Source: an uncultured Candidatus Saccharibacteria bacterium (GTDB taxonomy: Bacteria; Patescibacteriota; Doudnabacteria; UBA920). Taken from it: a stretch of DNA of 64,000 bases. The stretch lies in NCBI GenBank assembly GCA_964402965.1, contig CAYODY010000001.1, forward strand, positions 72,002 to 136,001, in the 5' to 3' direction. A program made the position numbers and the translations under genes. Each line of letters starts with the position of its first letter. Positions within the stretch are counted from its first letter, which is position 1. The notes under the pieces were generated by a model that ran no database searches, was not told the DNA's origin, and saw nothing but the letters and a program-made list of their open reading frames with translations. This document shows, in pieces, positions 28,819-39,135 of this stretch.

Positions 28819-30318
28819 TTACTTAACCCATCCTTGTTTGAAAGCTTCAATTGAGGCTTTCAATTTTGCCTCAGTATCTTCTGAGATTTCTTTAGTGTCA
28901 CGGATTGCTTCTAATACAGATTTTCCTTGAGTTTCCATGAATTCAGTTAATCCTTTTTCAAATTCTCGCACTCTTTCCACTGGAACATCATCCATGAAAC
29001 CATTGTTCACTGCATATAGTGAGACAACCTGTTTTTCCATAGCTACTGGAGAGTATTGTGGTTGTTTCAAAAGCTCTGTTAGACGACGTCCAAGGTCGAG
29101 TTGTTGACGAGTGGATTCATCTAGATCAGAACCGAATTGAGCAAATGCTTCAAGTTCACGGAATTGCGCTAACGCAAGTTTTAATTTTCCAGCAACTTTT
29201 TTCATCGCTTTTGTTTGTGCGGAAGAACCTACACGAGAAACAGATGTTCCAACGTTTACTGCAGGACGAATACCTTTGTAGAAAAGTTCAGCTTCTAAGA
29301 AAATTTGACCATCAGTAATTGAGATTACGTTTGTAGGAATGTAAGCAGAAATGTCCCCAGCTTGAGTTTCAATAATTGGAAGAGCGGTAATTGAACCACC
29401 GCCGTAATCAGCATTTAATTTAGCAGCACGTTCTAGTAAGCGAGAGTGCAAATAGAAAACATCTCCTGGGTAAGCTTCGCGTCCTGGTGGGCGGCGAAGT
29501 AACAAAGAGATTTCGCGGTATGCCACTGCTTGCTTTGAAAGGTCATCGAAAACAATCAACACGTCTTTACCTTGATCCATGAAATATTCAGCCATCGCAC
29601 AACCTGAGTAAGGTGCAATGTATGCCAATGAAGCAGATTCAGATGCACCACTAGAAACAACGATTGTATATTCCATAGCACCTTTAGCTTCTAATTCAGC
29701 AACAATCTTCGCAACTTTACTTTCTTTTTGACCAACAGCTACATAAACACAAATCATGTTTTGACCCTTTTGGTTGATGATAGTATCTATAGCAACAGCC
29801 GTTTTACCAGTTTGACGGTCACCAATAATCAATTCGCGCTGACCACGACCAATTGGGATTAACGCATCAATAGCTTTAATACCTGTTTGTACGGGTTGGA
29901 AAACTGATTGACGAGTAATAACTCCAGGAGCGATCTTTTCCACTGGATAGAATGCAGAACCTTTAATGTCGCCTTTGCCATCTTTAGATTCACCAAGTGC
30001 ACCAACTACTCTACCGATTAATGCATCACCAACAGGAACAGAAAGGATTTTACCAGTTGCTCGGACAGTGCCACCTTGTTTAACTTTTTGGAAATCACCC
30101 AAGATAATTGCACCAACAGTGTTTTCTTCAAGGTTTAAAGCAACTCCAGTTACTCCATCACCAAAATCTAACATTTCCATGCTAGCAACTTGAGTTAATC
30201 CGGAAATACGTGCAATACCATCTCCTACTTCCAAAACTGTTCCAACTTGCTCAACGCTAACGCCTGGATCGAACTTTGTTATCTGATTTTTTAATTGTTC
30301 TACTATATTATTTGCCAT
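28819..30318 (-). CDS. atpA: F-type ATP synthase alpha subunit
   Basis: [19 protein letters not shown]-loop and a conserved alpha-subunit sequence. 499 aa. Confidence 0.95.
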   Translation of the reverse strand: MANNIVEQLKNQITKFDPGVSVEQVGTVLEVGDGIARISGLTQVASMEMLDFGDGVTGVALNLEENTVGAIILGDFQKVKQGGTVRATGKILSVPVGDALIGRVVGALGESKDGKGDIKGSAFYPVEKIAPGVITRQSVFQPVQTGIKAIDALIPIGRGQRELIIGDRQTGKTAVAIDTIINQKGQNMICVYVAVGQKESKVAKIVAELEAKGAMEYTIVVSSGASESASLAYIAPYSGCAMAEYFMDQGKDVLIVFDDLSKQAVAYREISLLLRRPPGREAYPGDVFYLHSRLLERAAKLNADYGGGSITALPIIETQAGDISAYIPTNVISITDGQIFLEAELFYKGIRPAVNVGTSVSRVGSSAQTKAMKKVAGKLKLALAQFRELEAFAQFGSDLDESTRQQLDLGRRLTELLKQPQYSPVAMEKQVVSLYAVNNGFMDDVPVERVREFEKGLTEFMETQGKSVLEAIRDTKEISEDTEAKLKASIEAFKQGWVK

Positions 30319-30328
30319 ATGTTTTCTA

Positions 30329-30724
30329 TTAGGATTGAGTTAACGTATCTTTTAAATTCTCTAGTTTGTGCTTCACACTTCCGTCTATTAGCGTATCCCC
30401 TGCTCGGATGACCACTCCGCCAACAAGATTGCTATCTACTTTATGTTTAAGTTCTATATCTTTACCAACAACTTTGTTTAGATCGTCTAGTAATTCTTTA
30501 TTTAACTTTGCATCTAGTGCTGTAGTTACTTCAACTTCTGTAATTCCCTTTTGAGCTCTTTCATACTTTTCGTACTCGTCAATGATTTGTTCGTATCTGG
30601 AAAGGTCACCATTTGCTCTAAGAATATTGATAAAATTTTCTATTAAAATGTCGTGATCTTTTGTTTTAGTGTCCGAGATTGAATCGTAAAGAGCCTGAGC
30701 ATATTGTTCGTTTGTAAATTTCAT
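30329..30724 (-). CDS. atpH: F-type ATP synthase delta (OSCP) subunit, short form
   Basis: OSCP C-terminal pattern [25 protein letters not shown]. Position between atpF and atpA. 131 aa. Confidence 0.75.
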   Translation of the reverse strand: MKFTNEQYAQALYDSISDTKTKDHDILIENFINILRANGDLSRYEQIIDEYEKYERAQKGITEVEVTTALDAKLNKELLDDLNKVVGKDIELKHKVDSNLVGGVVIRAGDTLIDGSVKHKLENLKDTLTQS

Positions 30725-31446
30725 TAAGCCTTTCCTCCTTGTTCTGCTTTCTTAAGTGCTTCTGAAATTAATTCTTTGTCTTTCGTCGCATCAATTTTTT
30801 GCTTAAGAATAGTAGATGTAGCGCTTACAACGATTTCAGCAAGTTCAGATTTAGCAGATTGGATCATGGCAACTTTTTCTTGTTCTAAGCGAGCTTTAGT
30901 TTGTTCTACTAGTTTAGTTTGCTCTTCGTTTGTGGCTTTTAATGTTTCTGCCTTTAATGCCTCTGCGTTTTGCTTCGCTTCAGTAATAATTCCACTGGCT
31001 TCTGCGCGGACTTTGTTAATTTCACTTTGCTTCCAACCTTCAAAATCTTGACGGTCTTTAGTAACTTGGTCTGCTTCTTTTAATGAAGCTTCAATTTTTT
31101 CAGTTCTATCTGAAAGTCCTTTTGTAACAGGACCAAAAACCCATTTCCATAATACAAAAATGATAATTCCAAAGTTTACTAATTGCGCTAGGAAAAGTTT
31201 CCAATTCAAACCGAACATTCCAACAATTCCAGTATCTTCACTGTGTTCTTCAGATTCTGCTGTCGTTGCTTCTTTTGGAGTTGCTTCTGTTGAGCCTTCG
31301 GTGGTTGTAGTTTCGGTAGTTGTTTGTTCTGCAGTAGTTGGTTTAGCTGTCGAGGCAGAAGCTATATTAACTACATTAAAATTGGCAAAAAATATAAATG
31401 CCAATGCAACAACCAAAGTCGAAATTGTAAAATATCTCTTTATCAT
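30724..31446 (-). CDS. atpF: F-type ATP synthase subunit b with an N-terminal signal-peptide-like helix and a Thr/Glu-rich extension
   Basis: A canonical b-subunit TM and coiled coil (FLAQLVNFGIIIFVLWKWVFGPVTKGL...) is preceded by ~75 extra residues. These comprise a hydrophobic helix ending ...ASAST and the low-complexity stretch TTAEQTTTETTTTEGSTEATPKEATTAESEE. Confidence 0.8.
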   Translation of the reverse strand: MIKRYFTISTLVVALAFIFFANFNVVNIASASTAKPTTAEQTTTETTTTEGSTEATPKEATTAESEEHSEDTGIVGMFGLNWKLFLAQLVNFGIIIFVLWKWVFGPVTKGLSDRTEKIEASLKEADQVTKDRQDFEGWKQSEINKVRAEASGIITEAKQNAEALKAETLKATNEEQTKLVEQTKARLEQEKVAMIQSAKSELAEIVVSATSTILKQKIDATKDKELISEALKKAEQGGKA

Positions 31447-31530
31447 GTTCTATCAAAAATTAAATAATAATATTCAAAACATGCTCTTTTTTGTTGGCCA
31501 TGTGCAAACAAACAAGAGCAAATCTGATTA

Positions 31531-31800
<270 letters not shown>

Positions 31801-31930
31801 TTAAAGTCGTGTTTAAATATTTGAATCTAGTGCTGTTAAGTGATAAATATCAGGTTTCAAGTCTTACTTTTGTAAGTTTTGAACTCTGATTCAAACCACC
31901 AAAGTTTGTTGTGATCAAAATATTTTTGAG

Positions 31931-32782
31931 CTAAACAGTTGGAGTCGGTTCAAGATCTTCAGAATGTTCTTTATCGTGACTGACAATTGGCGTGGTCGCA
32001 ATGGTTAAATACACTAGTGTTAGCATTGCAAAAACAGTTGCCTGCACAACACCTACAATTATTTCTAGCGCCATGAAAGGCAAAGGTAAGAATACTGGCA
32101 GTATTCCTGCTAGTACAGTCAGTAAAACTTCACCAGCAAAAATATTTCCAAACAAACGCAAAGAAAGTGAAAGTAGTTTTGCGACTTCCGAAATAATTTC
32201 TAGCATTCCAACAAAAAATTCAATAATCGCAGTTAGGATCTTAATAGGACTTCCAGATTTAAAACCGTGCCATAGGTCGCCGAGTTTAATGAATTTATTT
32301 GCGTATTTAAAGAATCCTATGACAGCAATTCCCAAAAAGTGTGAGACAGTAACTGCAACAAGTGCCATTGCGATTGTCATGTTTAAGTCAGTGTTTGCAG
32401 GACGGAAAAGTGGAATAAGTGTTACTTCTCCGTGATGTATAAGGTATCTACCAACACTACCAATTCCTGGAAGTAAACCGATCCAGTTAGATACTAATAT
32501 GAAAAGAAATAGTGAACCAACCAACGGTAAAAACTGAATTGTTTTTTTGCGACTTTGTGTTACTGCATCGAAATACTGATAGAGCATCTCTAAAACGCTT
32601 TCGAAGAAATTCAATATTCCACCAGGAGCTTTGGATTGATATCTCTTTACGGCACGATTCACCAAAAAAGCGAAGACAACAAAACCCAACATGGTGAGTG
32701 TTGAGTTAATCACAGTATTTGTTACTGGGAAATTACCTATATGGAAGATCGCTTCTGCTGATAATGGTGGTAAGGCTGTCAT
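31931..32782 (-). CDS. atpB: F-type ATP synthase subunit a
   Basis: Conserved C-terminal helices with the stator Arg (LSLSLRLFGNIFAGEVLL). 283 aa. Confidence 0.9.
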   Translation of the reverse strand: MTALPPLSAEAIFHIGNFPVTNTVINSTLTMLGFVVFAFLVNRAVKRYQSKAPGGILNFFESVLEMLYQYFDAVTQSRKKTIQFLPLVGSLFLFILVSNWIGLLPGIGSVGRYLIHHGEVTLIPLFRPANTDLNMTIAMALVAVTVSHFLGIAVIGFFKYANKFIKLGDLWHGFKSGSPIKILTAIIEFFVGMLEIISEVAKLLSLSLRLFGNIFAGEVLLTVLAGILPVFLPLPFMALEIIVGVVQATVFAMLTLVYLTIATTPIVSHDKEHSEDLEPTPTV

Positions 32783-32790
32783 TTAGTGAG

Positions 32791-33075
32791 TTAATCTATG
32801 AAATCTTTGTACAAATCTGAGATTCTCTTGTAAAACCAGACTGTGCTTGTTAATAGTGCTAAAATTAGGCTTAAAAATAGGAAAATTTGGTTATTATAGT
32901 GAACAGATGCCCATTTTCCTGCTGAACCAAAAAGAACCAATGGAAGAACAATTATGAAGCCAAACTGGAGGACAAAAGACATACTTTTCATTAAAGTAAT
33001 TTTCTTTTTGTTCGCCTTTTCTTGTTCAGTTTGGGAACTGGATACAGGTGTTGGCTCGATTTTTTCTTCGTTCAT
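32791..33075 (-). CDS. small two-TM protein upstream of atpB (AtpI/AtpZ-like candidate)
   Basis: 94 aa with two TM helices, immediately 5' of atpB on the same strand. The call rests on position. Confidence 0.4.
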   Translation of the reverse strand: MNEEKIEPTPVSSSQTEQEKANKKKITLMKSMSFVLQFGFIIVLPLVLFGSAGKWASVHYNNQIFLFLSLILALLTSTVWFYKRISDLYKDFID

Positions 33076-33215
33076 ATATAGTTCTATCTAACGCAAAAAG
33101 TCTAACAAAAAAAGGTGCTTTTGGCAAGACAGGCTTTTTTGGGCAGGGTTGACTTTTTGTGCTTCTTTGTGATTAAAGCAATATTTGGAAATTTGAGTGG
33201 TGCTGAAGCTAAAGC

Positions 33216-33291
33216 TGGAGCCGGCTGCCGGACTTGAACCGGCCACCTACGGTTTACGATACCGTTGCTCTACCAGATGAGCTAAGCCGGC
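33216..33291 (-). tRNA. tRNA-Thr (CGU), CCA encoded
   Basis: The reverse complement GCCGGCTTAGCTCATCTGGTAGAGCAACGGTATCGTAAACCGTAGGTGGCCGGTTCAAGTCCGGCAGCCGGCTCCA forms a perfect cloverleaf with anticodon CGT. Confidence 0.88.
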
Positions 33292-33336
33292 AAATTTGTA
33301 TAAAACTTATATAGCAAAAGGGGTTTTTATGATTTT

Positions 33337-33410
33337 TGGAGCGGACGACGGGAATCGGACCCGTGTCTCAACCTTGGGAAGGTCGCATACTACCACTGTA
33401 CTACGCCCGC
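33337..33410 (-). tRNA. tRNA-Gly (CCC), CCA encoded, atypical T-loop (C at position 55)
   Basis: The reverse complement GCGGGCGTAGTACAGTGGTAGTATGCGACCTTCCCAAGGTTGAGACACGGGTCCGATTCCCGTCGTCCGCTCCA has anticodon CCC. The T-loop is UCCGAUU instead of UUCGAUU. Confidence 0.75.
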
Positions 33411-33482
33411 ATAGATAACTTCCACACAGATAAATTTATTATAACAAAAAAGCCCTCGTCTGAGAGGGCTTTTGAATGTAGA

Positions 33483-34421
33483 TTAGAACTTAAGAAGCTT
33501 GGAAACTTTTACACTCTCTTGTGCTTTTTTCAACCAGCTCGGGAAATCTTCAGTTTTTACAAAAATTTGTTGAATGTGAGTTTGCTTGGCTCCGTCTGGA
33601 CCATCATTGTTTAATTCTAAAGTTTTTAGAATATGTAATCCGTAACGGCTTGCAACTAAATTAGTATCTCCCACCTTAGCATCCTTTAAGCCTTCTTGGA
33701 ATTCTGGAAGTAATTCGTCAAAAATGATTACCCCACTGTCCCCTGCGAAATCTTTAGTTGCTTCGTCTTGAGTGTATGCTTTAGCTATTTCATCAAAGTT
33801 TCCACCAGAAGATAGTTTGTCTTTGAACTCTTTTGCCTTTTTGTAAGGATTTTCGTTCAAGTTTTCTTGTTTGTTGAACCAAAGCATTAACTGGGATTGT
33901 AAAATTTCTTGGCGGATCACTTCTGTTTTAAATTGCTCTGGATCCATCTGATATGTTTTTGTAAGTTCTTCTTTGAACTTAGCTTCGTCACCACCTGCAT
34001 ATTGCTTGATTATATTTTGGTATTCATCATCAATAGACTTAGCAGATGCAGTAACTCCGTATTTATTTGCTACTGCTTCAATTTTTTTGCTTTCTAATAA
34101 TTGATCGAATACGTCTGAACCACTAATTTCTGAAGTTGCACCTTGAATACCTGCAATTTGTTTAGCTAGATTAACTCTAGAGATAACTGTTTTTGCTGGA
34201 ATAAATTTTAAATCTACAATCGCCGCTGGAAGTGGTAAATAGTTAAAAACTTTTTCTTTTGTACTAGTAAGAGTGCCAGTGTAAAGCCATGTTATACCAC
34301 CGACGATAATGAAAACAATAACAATGACTATGCTTACAATCAAAAGTTGTTTAGTTTTCTTGCTCATATTTTTTTTAGCTGGTTTTTCAGCTTGGATTTC
34401 TTCTTCTGTTTCTTGTGACAT
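33483..34421 (-). CDS. membrane-anchored parvulin-type peptidyl-prolyl isomerase (PrsA/SurA-like foldase)
   Basis: N-terminal TM (LLIVSIVIVIVFIIVGGITWLY) and a C-terminal PpiC domain (FAGDSGVIIFDELLPEFQEGL...RYGLHILK). The track ORF starts at 34487, but Met23 (ATG at 34421, MSQETEEE) is the more plausible start. Confidence 0.75.
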   Translation of the reverse strand: MSQETEEEIQAEKPAKKNMSKKTKQLLIVSIVIVIVFIIVGGITWLYTGTLTSTKEKVFNYLPLPAAIVDLKFIPAKTVISRVNLAKQIAGIQGATSEISGSDVFDQLLESKKIEAVANKYGVTASAKSIDDEYQNIIKQYAGGDEAKFKEELTKTYQMDPEQFKTEVIRQEILQSQLMLWFNKQENLNENPYKKAKEFKDKLSSGGNFDEIAKAYTQDEATKDFAGDSGVIIFDELLPEFQEGLKDAKVGDTNLVASRYGLHILKTLELNNDGPDGAKQTHIQQIFVKTEDFPSWLKKAQESVKVSKLLKF

Positions 34422-34453
34422 TTTTCTTTTCTCAACACCCGAAGGTGAATTAA

Positions 34454-34825
34454 TTATGTTGATTTCGCAAAAATATACTCCCACCATTTTTGAGGATTGG
34501 ATTTCGGAGCTTCATTTTTATTCTCTGACTGATTCAGCATTCCACCCACTGGGTAATTTATTACTATTTCCCCATCTTTCTTTAATCCAAGCTGTTCTCT
34601 AGCTAACTTCTCTTTGTAGCTATCTGACGCGAAGTACTGCAAAGACTGCTCTAATGCGCTGTTCTTTTGAAGTAAATCTGCTTGTTCTTGTTTTAAAGCG
34701 TTTATTTCCGAATCAATTTTACGGCGTGTTTGCCATTGCTGTAATTCTAACCCAAAAACAGCGATTAGTACAATAATCGCACCAAATAAAAACAATTTAT
34801 TTTGAAAAATTTTCGGGAGTTTCAT
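34454..34825 (-). CDS. septum formation initiator family protein (FtsB/DivIC-like)
   Basis: 123 aa: N-terminal TM followed by a coiled coil (EINALKQEQADLLQKNSALEQSL...LAREQLGLKKDGEIV), typical of FtsB/DivIC. Confidence 0.65.
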   Translation of the reverse strand: MKLPKIFQNKLFLFGAIIVLIAVFGLELQQWQTRRKIDSEINALKQEQADLLQKNSALEQSLQYFASDSYKEKLAREQLGLKKDGEIVINYPVGGMLNQSENKNEAPKSNPQKWWEYIFAKST

Positions 34826-34855
34826 GTAATCTAAACGACGTGTATTGAGGTATGT

Positions 34856-35425
34856 TTATATTATTCTTTGATCTTTTTTAGTGTAACCTGCTCGTTCTTG
34901 AAGATGCTCTATGTCATCTGTGCTAAAAGCGTGATCAGATTTATTCTTTGTTGCACGAGCATGCATGTCCCATAGATAGTCTTTTATTTCCATTGGGGTA
35001 TTTACATTTTTCATAATCATAGGTTCCATTAAACCCACAACTTGAATTTCAACATTACCATACCCGACAAACGAGGAAATAATTCCTTCAGTTTTATAGC
35101 TAACGTTTAGAACACGTTCGTGTGGTGTTTCTACAACAGTCTTTTTAAATAGACTTTTCTGATCATAGTGAATTAAGCGCAAGTTTGTTACTACGTAGGT
35201 ATTTTTATACCAAAGGTAAACTTCGTAAAGTAAATGAACAGCTACTATGAAAGTCCAAAACCAAAGTACGGTAGTTATGATTCCCCCGTAACCTCCGTAT
35301 CTTAGTACAAAGTACCAAGGAATAATTACAGTGAAAATACTCATGGTAATTGGATGAATTAGAACAAAACGACTTTGTCGGTATGTTTCTCGAATGTGTT
35401 CATCTTGTTTTAAAGCGATGTCCAT
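34856..35425 (-). CDS. membrane protein with bacterial PH domain (DUF304/YdbS-like)
   Basis: Two N-terminal TM helices, then YVVTNLRLIHYD...VLNVSYKTEGIISSFVGYGNVEIQ, typical of bPH_2 proteins. 189 aa. Confidence 0.55.
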   Translation of the reverse strand: MDIALKQDEHIRETYRQSRFVLIHPITMSIFTVIIPWYFVLRYGGYGGIITTVLWFWTFIVAVHLLYEVYLWYKNTYVVTNLRLIHYDQKSLFKKTVVETPHERVLNVSYKTEGIISSFVGYGNVEIQVVGLMEPMIMKNVNTPMEIKDYLWDMHARATKNKSDHAFSTDDIEHLQERAGYTKKDQRII

Positions 35426-35461
35426 AGTATTAAATTTGAATTTAGTTAGGTGTATTCGAAG

Positions 35462-35593
35462 TTAAATAGCAAAAACACTGCCGACCATTGAAATACAAAT
35501 TAGTGCAGTTACTATGATAAAGATAAATTGCAAAATATTGCGATTTTTATTTGGGCGAATTTCTTTGCCATTTTTTAATTTGGTTTTGCTCAT
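35462..35593 (-). CDS. possible 43-aa small membrane protein (unsupported by SD)
   Basis: Translates as MSKTKLKNGKEIRPNKNRNILQFIFIIVTALICISMVGSVFAI and fills the lepA-to-next-gene gap. No obvious RBS. Confidence 0.2.
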   Translation of the reverse strand: MSKTKLKNGKEIRPNKNRNILQFIFIIVTALICISMVGSVFAI

Positions 35594-35623
35594 TTTTGTA
35601 ATTTACTTTTGAAGTTGTTTAGA

Positions 35624-37441
35624 TTATTTTTTAAGAACAGCTAAGAAAGCTTCTTGAGGTATATCAACTTTTCCTACACGCTTCATTCTTTTCTTTCCAA
35701 TTTTTTGCTTTTTCAATACTTTCATTTTACGAGTAACATCACCACCGTACAAACCAGTTGTTACGTCTTTACGGAATGCCGAGATTGTTTCGCGGGCAAT
35801 AACTTTGGCACCAATGGCCGCTTGAATGGCAATTTCAAATTGTTGTCGTGGAATTAGCGTTTTTAGTTTGGATACAAGTTCGCGACCTTCGGTTTCAGCA
35901 AATTGTTTATGCATTATTGCCGCCAATGCTTCTACTTTTTCACCACCAACTAAAATATCTACCTTTACTAGCTCGCCTGCACGTAATTCTATGAATTCAT
36001 AGTTTAAGGAAGCATAGCCACTAGAAACACTCTTAAGTTTATCATAAAAATCCATAATAATGTTTGCTAGAGGCATTTCGAAAGTCATCTCTACTCTTTC
36101 ACTTCCAACATATTTGATGTCTCCACTCAAACCACGACGTTGAGTAACAATTTCCATAATTGAACCTATGTATTTGGAAGGAGTAAGTATATTTACGCGC
36201 ATCCAAGGTTCACGGATTTCTTTTATTCCAGAAGGATCTGGAAAACGTGCAGCGCTGTAAACAGATTCCGTAGTTCCATTAGTTAATACGATTTCATAGG
36301 CAACACTTGGTGCGGTAAGTACAAGATCTAAATTATATTCTCGAGTTAGACGTTCTTGAACAATGTCCATGTGAAGCAAACCCAAAAAACCAGTGCGAAA
36401 ACCAAAACCAATGCTTGGGATATTTTCAGGTTCGTATTCTAGAGCTGAGTCGGAAAGTTTTAGTCTATCCATAGCTTCACGAAGCATTGGGTAGTCATCC
36501 CCACTTACTGGGAAAATACTGGCATAGACCATTGGGGTTACATGTTTGTAACCTGGTAGGATTGCAGTTTCTGTTTTTTTGGATGCCAAAGAAATTGTAT
36601 CTCCTACTCTAGCTTTGCTAACATCTCGTAGACCGGTAACTATGTAGCCTACTTCACCAGTTTCAATGGCTGAACTTTTATCCATTTGAGGTTTAAAGAA
36701 ACCAACTTCCAGAGCTTCAGCAGGAGTCTGACTTCCTAACATAAATAGTTTATCTCGTGCTTCAAGTCGTCCATCTACGACACGGATGTATGTAACTACC
36801 CCGCGATGAATGTCGTACATAGAGTCGAAAATTAGAGCACGCATCGGTGCTTCTGTGTCGCCTTTTGGTGCAGGGATTCTATTTACTATTGCCTCTAAAA
36901 TTTCTGGAACACCTTCCCCTGTTTTTCCTGACGCGTACAGAATCTCTTCTTCTTTAAATCCAAAAACAGACATAAGTTCTTCTGCGGTTTTTTTGCGATC
37001 CGAATTTGGCAAGTCTATTTTATTTACAACAGGAATAATAGTAAGATCGTGTTCTACGGCTAAGTACGCATTCGCTAAAGTTTGAGCTTCAATCCCTTGA
37101 GTGCTATCTACGACTAAAATTGCTCCCTCACATGCCGCAAGTGAACGTGATACTTCATAAGAAAAATCTACGTGACCAGGAGTATCTATTAAATTCAAAA
37201 TGAAGCGCTCTTTAGACTTTTCTGTCGTAGTAGGCGCTTCGTAGTCCATGCGAACTGGTTGAAGTTTAATAGTAATTCCACGTTCCCGTTCAATATCCAT
37301 TTGATCGAGTAACTGCTCTTTCATTTCCCGTTTAGTGACTGTGCCTGTGATTTCTAGCAGTCTATCGGCTAATGTGGACTTGCCATGGTCAATGTGCGCT
37401 ATGATGCAAAAATTGCGGATGTGGTCTTGTTTTAGTGCCAT
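35624..37441 (-). CDS. lepA: elongation factor 4 (LepA)
   Basis: IRNFCIIAHIDHGKSTLADRLLEITG G-domain and conserved LepA C-terminal domain. 605 aa. Confidence 0.95.
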   Translation of the reverse strand: MALKQDHIRNFCIIAHIDHGKSTLADRLLEITGTVTKREMKEQLLDQMDIERERGITIKLQPVRMDYEAPTTTEKSKERFILNLIDTPGHVDFSYEVSRSLAACEGAILVVDSTQGIEAQTLANAYLAVEHDLTIIPVVNKIDLPNSDRKKTAEELMSVFGFKEEEILYASGKTGEGVPEILEAIVNRIPAPKGDTEAPMRALIFDSMYDIHRGVVTYIRVVDGRLEARDKLFMLGSQTPAEALEVGFFKPQMDKSSAIETGEVGYIVTGLRDVSKARVGDTISLASKKTETAILPGYKHVTPMVYASIFPVSGDDYPMLREAMDRLKLSDSALEYEPENIPSIGFGFRTGFLGLLHMDIVQERLTREYNLDLVLTAPSVAYEIVLTNGTTESVYSAARFPDPSGIKEIREPWMRVNILTPSKYIGSIMEIVTQRRGLSGDIKYVGSERVEMTFEMPLANIIMDFYDKLKSVSSGYASLNYEFIELRAGELVKVDILVGGEKVEALAAIMHKQFAETEGRELVSKLKTLIPRQQFEIAIQAAIGAKVIARETISAFRKDVTTGLYGGDVTRKMKVLKKQKIGKKRMKRVGKVDIPQEAFLAVLKK

Positions 37442-37491
37442 ATGAGGCTAATTATAGCAAGAATTGTACTAAAAACAAAGAGTTTTCGTGG

Positions 37492-39135
37492 TTATGCTTG
37501 TTTGCGAATAAATCGCCAAAGTTTTAATACTCCTCTCCAAATTGCCTCTGATTCCAAAATTCCCCAGGCACGTGTTGCAACAATATAAACTACAGAACCA
37601 ACAGTTGTAGCAATCCCTGCTTGTAGGAAAATACCAATGACCGTATGAGTATTTACTAAAGGATCCATAACATACAAAGTTGCGTAAGTTGCAAGACCAA
37701 GTAAAATGCTAGCAAGTAAAATTTTCAAACTTTGTGTGACTATTGTACTATCGAATACTTCCAAGCTTTTTGGAGAAGCTTTTGAATCATTTTTAAATAC
37801 TCTATGAAGATATATGAAAAGTAATATGCATTGAACAGTGCTTGCAATCACGAACCCTAGTGCAATACCTACAACTCCTAAACCTTGCGCTAGTGAGTAA
37901 GAAAAAACTGCGTTAATTAGCATTCCTGTTAAACTAATTGCAACTGGGGTTTTTGTATTTTGTCTTGCGTAAAATGCTCTTGCAAACAATGGAGTTAAAC
38001 TTTGAGCAACAAGTCCTAAAGCCAATATTCCCAATGTGTTGAATGTGATTATTGTACAATTCCAATCACATCTGCCATAACCAAGCAGTAAACGAACAAT
38101 GTGAGCGCGGAGAAGTAGCAAGAAAATTGTCATTGGGATTACGAAGTACAGAACTTTAATGATTGTATGTTGTAGAGAACTGATGAAGCCTATTAAATCT
38201 TGTTTTGCAAAATATTCAGAGAGCACTGGAAAAATTGCTACTGCACTAGAAAGAGCAAAGATTCCAAGTGCAACTGCTTGAATGTTGTTTGCATAGTTAA
38301 ATGCTGTAATTGAACCAGTTATTAAACCTGAACCTATTATCGAAACGATTACTAAGTTTATGTATGAATTGTCTAGCCCAACTATTCGCGGTAAAAATAG
38401 CGCGCCAATCTTTTTTACTCCAGCATCTCTAAATTCCAATTGAGGTTTCCATCTATATCCAAAACGAATTGCTTCTGGAATTTGGACTGAGACATGTAAC
38501 AGCGCTCCAGCTATTACACCATAAGCAAGTCCAGCTAAACCAAACTTGGGGTACAAAAAAATTATTCCAAAAATAATTCCTAGGTTGTATAGAATTGGCG
38601 CAATGTTAACAATTAAAAACTTTTTCAAACTAATTAAGACGCTGGACATTACGTTTGAAATAGTAAAGATAATTGGTGAGAGCAACATAATTTGAGTTAT
38701 GTGCGCTGTCTTCAATATTTGGTCTGGTGTAAAACCAGGGGCAATAAGTTTAGTTAAGGGTTTGGCCAAAAGGAAAATGATTAGACAAATTACAATCATT
38801 CCACCTGCCGAAATGTTCATAATGCTGTTGGCAATTGTAAATGAGCGAGGCTTATCTTTTAAATAGTATTCACTAAAAACAGGAATAAAAGCCACGCTCA
38901 AAGTTCCAAGAATTAGTAAGTTGTAAACTAGATCAGGGATTCTAAATGCTGTGAAATATATGTCTGAATCTGCACTCAAACCTAGATGGCTAGCAAGCAA
39001 AATATCACGAACAAAACCCATTACGCGTGACAGCAATGTAAACGATGCAATAATTATAGTTGCTTGACCAATGTGAAAAGTTGATTCTAGTTGTTGGAGT
39101 TTTTTAAACATATTATTTGTGTAGTACCAGACCAA
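37492..39135 (-). CDS. murJ: lipid II flippase MurJ (MviN)
   Basis: ~14-TM MOP-superfamily protein. N-terminal ASFTLLSRVMGFVRDILLASHLG matches MurJ. 547 aa. Confidence 0.85.
   Translation of the reverse strand: MVWYYTNNMFKKLQQLESTFHIGQATIIIASFTLLSRVMGFVRDILLASHLGLSADSDIYFTAFRIPDLVYNLLILGTLSVAFIPVFSEYYLKDKPRSFTIANSIMNISAGGMIVICLIIFLLAKPLTKLIAPGFTPDQILKTAHITQIMLLSPIIFTISNVMSSVLISLKKFLIVNIAPILYNLGIIFGIIFLYPKFGLAGLAYGVIAGALLHVSVQIPEAIRFGYRWKPQLEFRDAGVKKIGALFLPRIVGLDNSYINLVIVSIIGSGLITGSITAFNYANNIQAVALGIFALSSAVAIFPVLSEYFAKQDLIGFISSLQHTIIKVLYFVIPMTIFLLLLRAHIVRLLLGYGRCDWNCTIITFNTLGILALGLVAQSLTPLFARAFYARQNTKTPVAISLTGMLINAVFSYSLAQGLGVVGIALGFVIASTVQCILLFIYLHRVFKNDSKASPKSLEVFDSTIVTQSLKILLASILLGLATYATLYVMDPLVNTHTVIGIFLQAGIATTVGSVVYIVATRAWGILESEAIWRGVLKLWRFIRKQA

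Noticed and set aside
33336-33614. Plus-strand 92-aa ORF
   Set aside because: It overlaps tRNA-Gly and runs antisense to the PPIase gene, so it is spurious.
34422-34487. First 22 codons of the track ORF 33483-34487 (MVGVYFCEINIINSPSGVEKRK)
   Set aside because: They would overlap the upstream FtsB-like gene by 34 nt and have no SD. The Met23 (MSQETEEE) start at 34421 is preferred.
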